The notes under the pieces: generated by a model
Told to the model about the DNA's origin: nothing
The model's input: only the letters and a program-made list of their open reading frames with translations
Database searches by the model: none
Made by a program: the position numbers and the translations under genes
From: Eledone cirrhosa
Taxonomy: Eukaryota
Length of the DNA stretch: 64,000 nucleotides
Assembly (NCBI GenBank): GCA_964016885.1
Contig: OZ024740.1
Coordinates: 349,184,001-349,248,000, forward strand
Direction: 5' to 3'
Part shown: positions 41,572 through 53,851 of the stretch, piece after piece
Numbering within the stretch: position 1 is the stretch's first letter
How the letters are laid out: each line of letters starts with the position of its first letter

Positions 41572-42546
41572 TAAGTTAAAAATGTACATCCACATATGTA
41601 TACTGAAATATGAATACACACACGTATACATATGTAGATGTACCGAGTTTTTCACTGGTCACTTTACTGTGAGTGTCCAGCTATTCTGTATGTAAACACA
41701 CAGACAAACCGGTTTTTAGAGTCATACTGGTTTTTGAGGAAACACCTTTCCTCTATTCTTCAGAAAGCCAGACAAGGAATATTGAACTAGTTTCGTTGTT
41801 GTTACAACTCATCAGCAATATTTACCTATCTTCCGGCCTTTCTAGAGAATCGTAAAAGCACATATCGTTATATGCTTTTTCTATGAAAATTAGTAGTGGG
41901 CAGACTAATTTGCATAGAGCGTGAGTACGTACCGGTTCAATGGAGACGATAAAAACAAATAACGAAACGTATGTATACATATGTGGATGTACATTTTTAA
42001 CTTAATTGTTTAAGCGTCAGTCATACAAAAGTGAGTTACAAACGAAACGAAATTTAATTTCGTTTCGTTATTTGTTTTTATCGTCTCCGTTGAACCGGTA
42101 CGTACTCACGCTCTATGCAAATTAGTCTGCCCACTACTAATTTTCATAGAAAAAGCATATAACGATATGTGCTTTTACGATTCTCTAGAAAGGCCGGAAG
42201 ATAGGTAAATATTGCTGATGAGTTGTAACAACAACGAAACTAGTTCAATATTCCTTGTCTGGCTTTCTGGAGAATAGAGGAAAGGTGTTTCCTCAAAAAC
42301 CAGTATGACTCTAAAAACCGGTTTGTCTGTGTGTTTACATACAGAATAGCTGGACACTCACAGTAAAGTGACCAGTGAAAAACTCGGTACATCTACATAT
42401 GTATACGTGTGTGTAGTCATATGCATACTAGTATTTCAGTATACATATGTGGATGTACATTTTTAACTTAATTGTTTAAGCGTCAGTCATACAAAAGTGA
42501 GTTACAAACGAAACGAAATTTAATTTCGTTTCGTTATTTGTTTTTA
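41570..42546. mobile_element. Retrozyme-like family B (~466 bp unit), inverted plus tandem copies in (TA)n
   Basis: 41570-41968 mirrors 42055-42475. gtatacatatgtggatg recurs at 41973 and 42439. Octamer at 42115-42122. No ORF. Confidence 0.75.
42208..42252 (+). ncRNA. Minimal type I hammerhead ribozyme (family B; mirror about 41778-41822 on minus)
   Basis: aatattg-CTGATGA-gttgt-aaca-acaac-GAAA-ctag-TT-caatatt: 7 bp stem I, 5 bp stem II. Confidence 0.85.
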
Positions 42547-42579
<33 letters not shown>

Positions 42580-42658
42580 TCATATATATATATGTATATA
42601 CATATATATTTATATATACATATATAGAAATATACATATATATATATTTATATATATA

Positions 42659-44701
42659 ATGGAAAATTTGAACAGGAACAAAAGAGAGAGGCAGTACAAC
42701 GAATGTTTATTAATTTCACGCTCTGGAGAGTGGGGTGGTGGTGGGGAACGACGTTTCGGGCATAAGCCCTTCCTCAGGTGAAAAGTGTGTGGGAATAGAG
42801 TTCAAAGGGTGTGTAGGGGGGGGGAGACATATAGCGAAAAGGGGGTGGGAGGAAACGGTGCGATTGAAATTAAAAATAAAAATAAAATGAAATGAAATAA
42901 AAATAAAAGCATGATCAAAATAAACTGAAATTAAAAAGGGGTAAAACAGGTGGTGGAAGGGTGTGGGGTGTGTAGGGGTAGTGGCGGGTGGAGTGGGGAG
43001 AGGGAGACGGGGTGTCTGAGCGGGGAGGGCTGAAGGTGGTGTGTGTGTGTAGGTGTACGTGTGTGTGTGTGTGTGTATGTGAAAGCAAGGGTTGGGGGAA
43101 GAACGGAGTTGCATGTTCAGCAAGAGGTGTGTGTGGGGTGGGGTGTAGATCGGAGTGTGTGTGCGTGTGTGGATAGAGGGGTGGGGGGAGAGGAATCCGG
43201 AGGCTGAAGGTGTAAATTTGTGGTGGAAAGCACGTGTGTGTGGGGTTTAAGCGTGTTGTGGGTGTAGGTGGCGTGTGGGAGAAAAAAAAATGTTTTGGGT
43301 GTGTGTGTGGGTGAGTAATATAGGTGATTCCGTAAGAGGATGTGGTTGTAATGTTGGTAAACTCCTATGATGGTAGTAGATTCCACGGTCAAGCTCCACA
43401 TACGAGTATTCTATGAAGAGATGGTCGGAAGAGAAGACATGTGGGGTGAGCGCGCAACAGGAAGTAGTCAAGGCGGTAGGAGTGCTGTGTGTCTGTGTGT
43501 GCTGTGAGGTGGTCAGAGGGCATAGCAGCAGTCGGGTGGAATGGTAAAGGGGCGAGGATGGGTAGGTGTGAAAGTTGGAGTGAGGAGGGTGTGTGTGTGT
43601 ATTAGTAGAGGTGTTAGTGGGATGAGTGAGTGTGGAGAAAGGGTGTGGGTGGAGCGAGGAGAGAAGGATGTGGGGGGTCGATGGAGGGAGTGTAGTGTAC
43701 TGGTGTGTGTGTAGTTTGATGAAGGGGGTGTTAGTGGGTGTTAGTATACGGGAGGTGGAGAAAGGGTTGAATGCAGGTGTGAGTGGGGGTTAGTGGTGGT
43801 AGGGTGTGTAGAGTTGGTGGTGTACGAGGGTGTGTGGGTACGTGTGCGTGGGGTTGGGGGTGTTAGTGATGTTAGTTGCGTGTGGGGTGGGTGGTGTAAG
43901 TGGGTGCGTGTGTTCGTGTGCTTGGGGTCAGGGGGTGTTAGTGATGTTAGTTGTGGGGTGGTGGGATGGAGGTGTGGGGGTGAGGGTTAGTGGTGGTAGT
44001 AGGGTGTGTGTTTAGTGTGAGCGCGTGTATATATATGCCGGTGGGTGTGTGCGTGTGATAAGGAGGGGGAGGAGAAGAAGGGAGGGATGTTAGTATGTTA
44101 GTTGGGGAAGGGTGGTCGGATGAGGGGTGGAGTGGAGGTGTTAGTATTGTTAGTTGTGGGGTGGGCGGTGAAAAGGAGGGGTGTGTTAGTGGTGTTAGTG
44201 GGTGATATGTGTGGGGGGAGGGGGCGGTCGAAGGCTAAAGGAATAAGGGTGGGGAGTTCAGGCCGGGGGGAGTGTGGGTCTGTAAGATGAAGATGGTTCT
44301 TTGTTCAACTCTGAGGAGATTGGCGGGTGTTCCGTGGCATTGGAGTAGGCCACATTCTGTGAGATGGCGTGCGGAATGTCCAGGGGCACCAAAGTGGCGG
44401 GCGATGGGGGAACTACCACCGACACGAATATCCCGGAGGTGCTCAGTGAATCGGTCCGCCAGGCGACGTCCCGTCGGTCCGACCTAAGTCGCGCTGCACT
44501 CCGTGCAGCGAAGTCCGTAGACTAGGTTGGAGGAGGTGCAGCGGAAGACATGCCGGACACAGAGAGAGTGGCCGTTGGGACCCTGGAAGGTGGTGGTGTT
44601 GGTGATGTGGGGACAGGTGTTGCAGCGGGGCCTAGAACAGGGAAAGGAACCGGGGGGGAGCGTGGGTTGGGGGTAGGGAGCTGTGGACGAGGTGGGTGCG
44701 G
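42659..44701 (-). mobile_element. Neptune-like PLE fragment: Cys linker, GIY-YIG and long 3' UTR
   Basis: Minus strand about 44240-44655 reads PCSRPRCNTCPHI...CTSSNLVYGLRCTEC..*VGPTGRRLADRFTEHLRDI..PIARHF..EQRTIF..PPGLN. Hammerhead-like motif at about 42748-42778. Confidence 0.85.
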
Positions 44702-44768
44702 AGATTATAGTTACATATATATCAATGATATTAAATAAATTGACACTATATTTATAAAACCATATTTA

Positions 44769-44825
44769 TTCTATTACATATATTTCAAGAGTACCAAAAT
44801 GTTGGTACGCTTTCATCAGATAAAA
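44769..44825 (-). ncRNA. Type I hammerhead at a PLE-like 3' end
   Basis: Minus strand ttttat-CTGATGA-aagcgtacca..tggtactctt-GAAA-tatatg-TA-atagaa. Confidence 0.65.
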
Positions 44826-45390
44826 TACAAAGTTTGTTTTATAAATATTGACATCTCCAGGAAGGAGGTCTTAACTGTTCAAGTTTTTTCTGGATAGTAA
44901 AAGGAAAGAGGGGAAAAAGAGGAAAAGTCAAATATTTCAAATTATTAAAATGAATATGCAAATGAGGGTGAGGTATAGGGCTGAAAAAAAAACGTTATTT
45001 TTAGACGCTAGGTAGATTTTTAAAATTATTAGGATATATATATGTACGTATGTGTAGGAACAAGAAAGAGAAAGAAAGAAAAGCTTGTATTACCGTGAAT
45101 TTAAAAAGAATTAACGGTTTGTAGGCGTGGTGGAATATGATTCCAGAATTTAAAAAATTATTTAGCTATATTATAAGTTATAATATTATATATATAATCA
45201 ATTAGATTATATGAAGAATTATGGTTGTAAGTACATTTTATCTTATTACATTGCAACAGGTTGTAAGTATATAAATATCTATATAGATTAATAATTGTGC
45301 AAGTATAAATATTATTGGTGATTTTATAGAAATAAACCACACGTATTAATTGTTTGCATTTCTAATATGAGTACAATAAAACTCACCTCC

Positions 45391-45428
<38 letters not shown>

Positions 45429-45430
<2 letters not shown>

Positions 45431-45842
45431 AATTGGTGCTCTGAAATAGCCATATATATATGAATGTATATATAGGGTATTTTGCAATACACTTTATGCT
45501 TAATTAAAAGCATTTTGAAGACTTTATGCTATTGTTTTAGAGTAGTGACAGACTCACTTACTTTAATTTCAGCAAACAGGGGGAGATAAAGCTGACACTG
45601 CCTTGTTTCTGCATTTATTGATACTTATCAAAGCCAACTACTCCTCCCATCTGCTGAAATAACGGATGTTATGTTCTTATAGAATTCTAATAAATAATCA
45701 GGAACTGATTATACAGAGCGGTTGCCGGTCAAGCAGAAATTAAAAATTAGAATTGGTGTTCTGAAATAGCCATATATATATGAATGTATATATAGTGTAT
45801 TTTGCAATACACTTTATGCTTAATTAAAAGCATTTTGAAGAC
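45429..45842 (-). mobile_element. Retrozyme-like family C (320 bp unit, partial tandem) with U3-A8 hammerhead at 45590-45635
   Basis: agaattggtg(c/t)tctgaaatagc at 45429 and 45749. Minus strand ggct-TTGATAA-gtat..atgca-GAAA-caaggcagtg-TC-agct. Confidence 0.65.
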
Positions 45843-46329
45843 TTCTCAAACACTAACGCAGGCCTGCGTGTGTATTTGTATTTGTGTATGTATGTATGTA
45901 TGTATGTATGTATGTATGTATGTATGTATGTATGTATGTATGTATGTATGTATGTATGTATGTACGTATGCATGTGTGTGTATGTTCGTATGTATGTATA
46001 TGTTTTCATCACCACTGCTTCTTTTTGTTGTCATTTCTGTTGAAGTTGTTATTGTAACTGTTGTCAAAGTTGACATCCTTATATTCATTTTCTTTGATTT
46101 CTTTCATGTTTTTATCCCCCTAGGGAATTCGTTGACACGCTTCTTTTATTTATTTTCTTCGTTTTCTTCATTCAAATGCATTCATACTGGCTGTCTAAGA
46201 GCCGTACAAATATGACTTATAAAACTTACCAAACTAAAAAACTAAAGGGGCTTCCAGCGCCCCCGAAGCTTCAAACACCCCCTAACGTCCCCTTGCTCGA
46301 ATATAGAATATTGGACGGACCTTGAATCT

Positions 46330-47232
46330 GTTTCTGTTTTCGTAATTCATCAATGCCTATTGCTTTAGCCCTTTCTATTCCATTATTTATTAGTAAGGGT
46401 TGGTACTGTCTTTCGAGCAGAATTTCTTTAATTCTTGAAGGCTTTTATTTCGCGTTTCATAATTGGAGACAATTGGGCAAATTCTTCTTGCTAGATTAAA
46501 AGGGATGTTCGTCTTTGTGTGCTTTGGATTGCTGAGGTGAATAGCAGGTATTGTTTGGAATCTGTTGGTTTGTAGTGTATGTCAGTTTCAATATTTGTGT
46601 CTTTTTCATGATTAAGATGTCCAGAAATGGGAGTTGATCTTGGCTGTATTCCATTGTGAATTAGATGTGGTTATTGATGCTGTTAATTAAATTTTTAAAA
46701 TCATTTAGTTGGTCGAGTGTGTGAGACCAAAGAATAAGGCAGTCATCCAAGTAGCGTTTCCAATTCTCTGATAAATATTTGTGGAAGTTCAAGCCGTATT
46801 TTGATTTGGAGTGTTAGTATATCTGGACTTCCAAGTATGCCATGACTAAGTTGGCGTAAGTTGGAGCAACGTTTGTACCCATCGCAGTCCCCGATATTTG
46901 TTTGTAAGTACTGCCATAGCAATCAAAACTGTTGTTCTGTAAAATAAATGTTAATCCCTCGGTGATGAAGCTTTTTTTCTATTCTGTCAGGTATCTCATT
47001 GGAGTATTTTTCTAGCCAGAATCCTATTGCTTCTAGTCCGTATTGGTGTAGGATCGTCGTGTAGAGATTCACTACATCGAAAGACACAATAATAGTGACG
47101 CTGTTGACATGTTTGGGGAGGTGGTTTAAGAGGTCCATGTCGTCTCTTACAAGGCTTGGTATGTATTTGAGAATTGGTTTTAGTAGTATGTCTATAAAGT
47201 TGCTCAGCCTGTGTGTTTCACACTGTGAGCCG
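46330..47232 (-). mobile_element. Degenerate PLE reverse transcriptase fragment
   Basis: SFDVVNLYTTI, GTAMGTNVAPTYANL, WKRYLDDC, LPFLD, YKPT; many frameshifts. Confidence 0.85.
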
Positions 47233-47283
47233 TAAATAAGTCGACCGTAAATAAGTCGACCGTAAATAAGATTAATAGCTCTA

Positions 47284-47672
47284 GGAGAGCCATGAACGAC
47301 ACCACATCTTTTTAACTTTGATTTTGAAAGTAGGTTTATAATTATTAATTTTGATTATACATTTGAAGCTTCTCGGGGTCTTTTTGGGGAGAATCATAGC
47401 CGGTGTTGGTCCTGGTGTGAAATTCGATCCTGGTCGGCAGTAGGGATCCCGGTAAACCTTTTCAGTTTTTTTCGATGGGAGGTAAAATGAAAACTGAAAA
47501 AGATTACATGTTCCTCACGATCAGGATTGTACCCAAGACCAGGATCTCTACCGCTCTAGTACCTACCGCCAGTCCACTGAGACAGCCACGAAAATCTCCT
47601 GAAAATTCATACTTATAAACCTACTTTCAAAATGTTCAATACAAATTGATATGGTGTCGTTCATGTCTCTCT
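47284..47672. mobile_element. MITE-like element with imperfect ~60 bp terminal inverted repeats
   Basis: gagagccatgaacgacacca...ttttgaaagtaggtttataa mirrors ttataaacctactttcaaaa...tggtgtcgttcatgtctctc. Confidence 0.5.
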
Positions 47673-47811
47673 CAATGTTATTGCTCCCACAAGGTCGACT
47701 TCTAAACCATTTGGGTGTTCCATAAACTACATCCTCATTTAGTTTCTCATCGATCTAGACTCTATCTTAACCTGTAATCTATGTTTCATTTCTGTTGCAC
47801 TTCATTTCTCC

Positions 47812-47967
<156 letters not shown>

Positions 47968-48047
47968 ATATTTGAATCTTCTATGATTTCGGCTTACTTT
48001 ATTCATATATATATGTTTTTGTATGTCAGTTAGATTCAAACATACAA

Positions 48048-48087
<40 letters not shown>

Positions 48088-48204
48088 TAAATGGAAACTA
48101 TCTTTATAAAAATATATATATATATAGTACCAATCATTGTAAGTTTGAATCTAACTGACATGCATAACATATATACATGAATAAGTTATATAAGATTCAA
48201 ATAT

Positions 48205-48274
<70 letters not shown>

Positions 48275-48604
48275 AGGGGAAGAAATGAGGTTTAGTGGTG
48301 GACTGGGTCTAATGAAATTGGTTACCAGAGGTGAAGGGGCCCGCCTACATATAGAATGCTATCATTTAATTTTTATAATGAATAAATAACATTTAAAAAA
48401 AATACATATGTGGAAATAAAACAGTGCAATCAAATTTTTCCGGGAAAATATCTTACCGTCTCCAATAAAAATGTATTTTGCGAAATCCAGAGAGTTTCAA
48501 TAATGACTCACTCAATAATTTCCCACTCACTCAATATATATATATATGTGCGTGTGTGTGTGTGTGTGTGTATATACATATATATATTCATATATATATA
48601 CATG

Positions 48605-48635
<31 letters not shown>

Positions 48636-48700
48636 GTGTGTGTGTGTATATATATACATGTATATATATATGAATATATATATGTATATATATATACATG

Positions 48701-48731
<31 letters not shown>

Positions 48732-48802
48732 GAATATATATATGTATATATACATATATATATTCTTATATATATACATGTATATATATATACATATATA
48801 TA

Positions 48803-48865
<63 letters not shown>

Positions 48866-49017
48866 TACGTTCACCACTAATTGATTTGACAGATGTCTTT
48901 AACACATTAGTATCAAACATTAATTTGTCAGTAGCTCGTGTGTATGTGTAAGTATATATATGAGTAAGTATATATATATGTGTGTGTGTGTGTTTCTGTG
49001 TGTCTGTGGGTCTGTGG

Positions 49018-49120
<103 letters not shown>

Positions 49121-49317
49121 GCATGCATGAATTCACTAAGCTTTAGATTTAGTAGAATGTACAACCACTGATTGCAGGTTTTTGTACTATCGTATATTTT
49201 GGTTTCTAATAATTCCTGAGAAATTGGTTGACCAAATCCTTTGCCTAATTGTTTTATTTATTCTTTTTTTAAATTTATACTTTCACTCAGACTTCATGTA
49301 TTTTTTTTTAAATACTA

Positions 49318-49413
49318 CAGTGGGCCCTGCAATGCTACTGCTGGCTCCTGCAATGCTACCGTGGGCCCCCTGGCGCCCACTTGCCATTGAGCAACCTGGC
49401 CAGTCCGCCACTG
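49318..49413. mobile_element. Tiny MITE-like element TA-CAGTGG...CCACTG-TA
   Basis: GC-rich 96 bp island with 6 bp inverted ends and TA on both sides. Confidence 0.35.
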
Positions 49414-49616
49414 TATATATAAGATCTGTATATAAATACAAGGCTACGAATTGGCGCAGTTATTAGAGCAACGTACAGACTGCTTTGGGATATGTGTATC
49501 GACACTCAACAAAATCAACTTTGAATATCATCCATTTGATGTCGATAAAAATGTACCGGTCAAATAATGCTGTAGATTCTTTCTCTCGCTCTCTCTCTCT
49601 CTCTCTCCCTTCTCTT

Positions 49617-49670
<54 letters not shown>

Positions 49671-49864
49671 GATAAATCCACCAATTAATGGTAGGGTCTA
49701 AGCCGTATGAAGAACTCAATGTAATCCGTATGTAGAAGATGTCGTGAAGCAAAGTTTAAAATACAAAATTTCAACGATATAATTCATTGGATACAGAGTC
49801 AAAAATACAAATAGTGAAAACAATCAAATTAAACAAAAAACGGTTAATTCAAAGTAAAACTCAT

Positions 49865-49995
49865 TATTTTACGATCGTTTCTGGGGGGTAGTTCCCCGTA
49901 TGTCCATTCTATTATTGATCTATGTAAAATATATTACAAATTATCATAGTAAGAAAATATACATACGTCTTTTCTACCCGCCGTCTTCAGAAATA
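49865..49995 (-). ncRNA. Type I hammerhead with ~80 nt loop II, in fold-back 49813-50158
   Basis: Minus strand tattt-CTGAAGA-cggcgggtag...ctacccccca-GAAA-cgatcg-TA-aaata. Confidence 0.65.
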
Positions 49996-50153
49996 AATCA
50001 AGACGTATGTATATTTTCTTACTATGATAATTTGTAATATATTTTACATAGATCAATAATAGAATGGACATACGGGGAACTACCCCCCAGAAACGATCGT
50101 AAAATAATGAGTTTTACTATGAATTAACCGTTTTCTGTTTAATTTCATTGTTT

Positions 50154-50192
<39 letters not shown>

Positions 50193-50231
50193 TTTCTGAA
50201 TTTGTTTAGCAAGATGACCCTCCCAAAGTAT

Positions 50232-50276
<45 letters not shown>

Positions 50277-50280
<4 letters not shown>

Positions 50281-50872
50281 TGCTCTGAAATAGCGATATA
50301 TATATGAATATATATATAGTGTATTTTGCAATACACTGTATGATTAATTAAAAGCATTTTGAAGACCATATGCTATTGTTTTAAAGTAGCGACATTGTCG
50401 CTTACTTAAATTTTCAGCAGACAGGGGGAGATAAGTTGACAGCGTTGTTTCGTACTGTTTTGTACTTTTCAAAACTCACTACTCTCCCTGTCTGCCGAAA
50501 ATTATGTGTGTTGGATTCTTATAGAATTCCAGTAACAATCAGGAACTGATTTTACAGACCGGTCGTCGGCCCAGCAGAAAATTTAAGTAAGCGACAATGT
50601 CGCTACTTTAAAACAATAGCGTATGGTCTTCAAAATGCTTTTAATTAAGCATACAGTGTATTGCAAAATACACTATATATATATTCATATATATATCGCT
50701 ATTTCAGAGCACCAATTCTAATTTTCAATTTCTGCTGGGCCGGCGACCGCTCTGTAAAATCAGTTCCTGATTGTTACTGGAATTCTATAAGAATCCAATA
50801 CACATAATTTTCGGCAGACGGGGAGAGTAGTGAGTTTTGATAAGAACAAAACAGTACGAAACAACGCTGTAA
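50277..50872. mobile_element. Retrozyme-like family C, fold-back insertion; hammerheads 50434-50476 (-) and 50833-50872 (+)
   Basis: Homologous to 45429-45842. agtt-TTGAAAA-gtac-aaaaca-gtac-GAAA-caacgctg-TC-aact. Confidence 0.7.
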
Positions 50873-51207
50873 ATTATGTGAAAATACTAAAAACAAATAT
50901 GTATTGAACTAATATATATAAACATTATTATACAGGAAGCTAGAATAATTAATAGAAGGAATGTTGATTGGACATTTTTAACATTTCATGGAATCAATGA
51001 AAATTAACGAAGGACCGAAAAAAGCGCATCGCAGACATTCTAACAACTCAGAATTTTACATATATCTGCACCAAGTGCAGCAAGAATTGTTACTCATGCT
51101 TCAGTCTGCACAGTTACCGCAGACGAGCCATACCTATGTGCATTAAGCATGGTCTCCCGAGACTGCGCTCTCAATGAATATATATATATGTGTGCGTGTG
51201 TGTATAC

Positions 51208-51276
<69 letters not shown>

Positions 51277-51433
51277 TAGGAATTAGCTTCATGCATTGCT
51301 GTATACATATGTATTGAAATTTCGTATTTAAAAAAAAATACGATATGTTTATGGATAAACATTTAGAAAGCCATATCTATGCAAAAACCGGAGCTATCGC
51401 CCTCTGGTCGTGTCCAGCAGAAGCAAGGGGACA

Positions 51434-52247
51434 ATTAGAGAATAATAGTATACTTTAAAATAATATCATTTATAAAAATCAATGCCAGAGACATTTATTT
51501 ATTACACCATGTTCGATGACTGATCATGAAAGAGGCCATGCATGGTAAAAACTAAACGTCTTTTTTTTTTTACAATATATATGATATAGTGTATATATTT
51601 ATACAATATATATATATGATATAGTGTATATATAGTGTATATATATTTATTATTGTTTAAATTGAAAAGAGCTAACAATAGACGTTAGTGTGTGCATCTG
51701 TTCACATAGGAGGAATGTAGGACAAAATAATCACAAGTATTATAAACAGAGTGGTGGTCTGAGTTGTCATATTTCTGCGAAATTGTAAATATACAATAAT
51801 GTCTACAGTTTAATGAAATAACAAAGAGTGTGACAGAGGCGGAACAAAATTTAAAAACCCTGTAATGATATTTAAAGCTTCATAATTAATGCATACTTTG
51901 TTTTTGTAGAGATGCATTTCAATCAGGGTATAAAGTTTATATTTATTCCTCCGAACACAGTCGATAACTATATTTTCCACATTTGAAGACAATCAAACAA
52001 CTGGATTAAATTATTTTGATATGTAAAACAATATATTTTACAAACAGAAGTTATACAATGATGGAAATATTAAAAAGAGATACAAACAAAATTAAGTAAT
52101 GAAAAAGCAAGAGAGAACGTGTAAAGAAGGGCATATCTGGCTGAATAGGAAAGCAGAAGAAAGATTATAAATGGAATAAATGAGAAGAAAATTAGGGAAA
52201 TAACAAGCACCACGCGAACAATGTCAAGTGACACCTGCTGCAACAGC
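51434..52247. repeat. ~810 bp near-identical direct copy of 14136-14947 (intron of the IL-17 pseudogene)
   Basis: Collinear match from attagagaataatagtatac to gctgcaacagc. The track shows identical 60 aa pseudo-ORFs at 14510 and 51810. Confidence 0.9.
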
Positions 52248-52489
52248 ATGGTGTGGATGGAGATCCCCTGGGTATCTCCATGCAGCTCACATTTCCGATC
52301 ACCGGGCTTCACCATTCACGCCTGGTCTGTAATCCGGTTTTCAGAAGGTCAAGCTACCTCCAAACTAATTCCTTTCGCACATAAACGTCAGTAGTAACAG
52401 TGATAAGTAAATAAAACGTAAATATTGTTTCTTTTTCTATCCCTCTAAAGCATACATATGTGTCTATGTATGTGTGTACGTATGTGTGC

Positions 52490-52572
<83 letters not shown>

Positions 52573-52980
52573 GGCGCATGGCTTAGTGGTTAGAGCAGTA
52601 AGCTTGCAATCGAAAGGTTGTGAGTTCAATTCTCGGACCGGGTGATGTGTTGTTTCCTTGAGCAAGACACTTTATTTCACGTTGCTCCAGTTTACTCAGC
52701 TGAAAGTGAGTACCAGAAATGGCTGGAGGTTTCGCCCTGCGATGCACTGACGTCCTGTCCAGGGGGGGGGGGGGAGTCTTGTACTCTCAGTCGCTTCACG
52801 CCATGAAACTAGGATAAGCACCGGCCAAATGAACCTTCTGGCTTAAGACAGACTTTAGACTTATGGCCTGCCCGCCCAGCCAGTGGGATGGCGTCATCGT
52901 ATGGCTAAAACAGCACGTGCTGTGACCAGCGGCGCCGAGTGGCGCCCGACAGACTGGTCGGTCAAGGTGATCAAGGTGAT
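52573..52980 (+). mobile_element. tRNA-derived SINE with CORE-like and V-like domains
   Basis: ggcgcatggcttagtggttag (A box), gagttcaattc (B box), tccttgagcaagacacttt, ccctgcgatgcactgacgtcctgtccagggg, and a (tcaaggtga)2 tail. Confidence 0.75.
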
Positions 52981-53773
52981 ATATATATGTGTGTGTGTGT
53001 GTGTATATATAGATATATTTATGAATGGATGTGTGTGTATATATAGATATGTGTGTGCGGGTGTGTACTAAATATTTACAATATGAATTATAATTTTTAA
53101 CACCTACAGTTATAATTCTAACATCTCTTACTATCAGGAATCTTAATATTGGTAAGCATTCACATTCCCAGATGAACCCATATCTGGTTACATACATGAA
53201 TTCTTCACTAGCAACTACAATACTACCGCAAAATGAGTGGTAATAGTGACCTGTTTACACTACTGCCACTAAGGTCAATTAGACCAGAACACCCCTATTT
53301 TCTAGGTATATACAGTTATTATAGTTGGTTGTTAGAAACACCCTAGCAGACCTCTTTCAAGGACAACTGACCTAAGAAATTCAATAGACTCGGTACTGGA
53401 GTGTTAAGATAGTATCTGACCAATGGAAGGTGTAGTGTTCGGATGCTTGAATTCGGTCATTCTAAATCATATGCCACCAGTTCTTTGAAACAACACCACA
53501 CTTCGGAACTGGCCATATCAAAGGTCCGAAAAAACGAAGGCAAACTTTGTTCCACCATTATATTCAAGTTCTAGATGCCTGATGAGGTCATTATCAACGA
53601 AATATATATTGCAGCAAATATGAATGAACGAAGTTAATTTTAACCTGCCGACTTACACTTCTTTTTGGTATATATATATATATATAAAACAAAGAAAGTG
53701 TGGTAAGATAGCAGGTGGTCGGATCTAGCTGTCGAAACGACCGGAGCTCTGCCATCGGGGTCCTGACACTTTT

Positions 53774-53849
<76 letters not shown>

Positions 53850-53851
<2 letters not shown>

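Noticed and set aside
52573-52645. tRNA gene
   Set aside because: The A and B boxes continue into SINE body domains, and no complete cloverleaf is seen.
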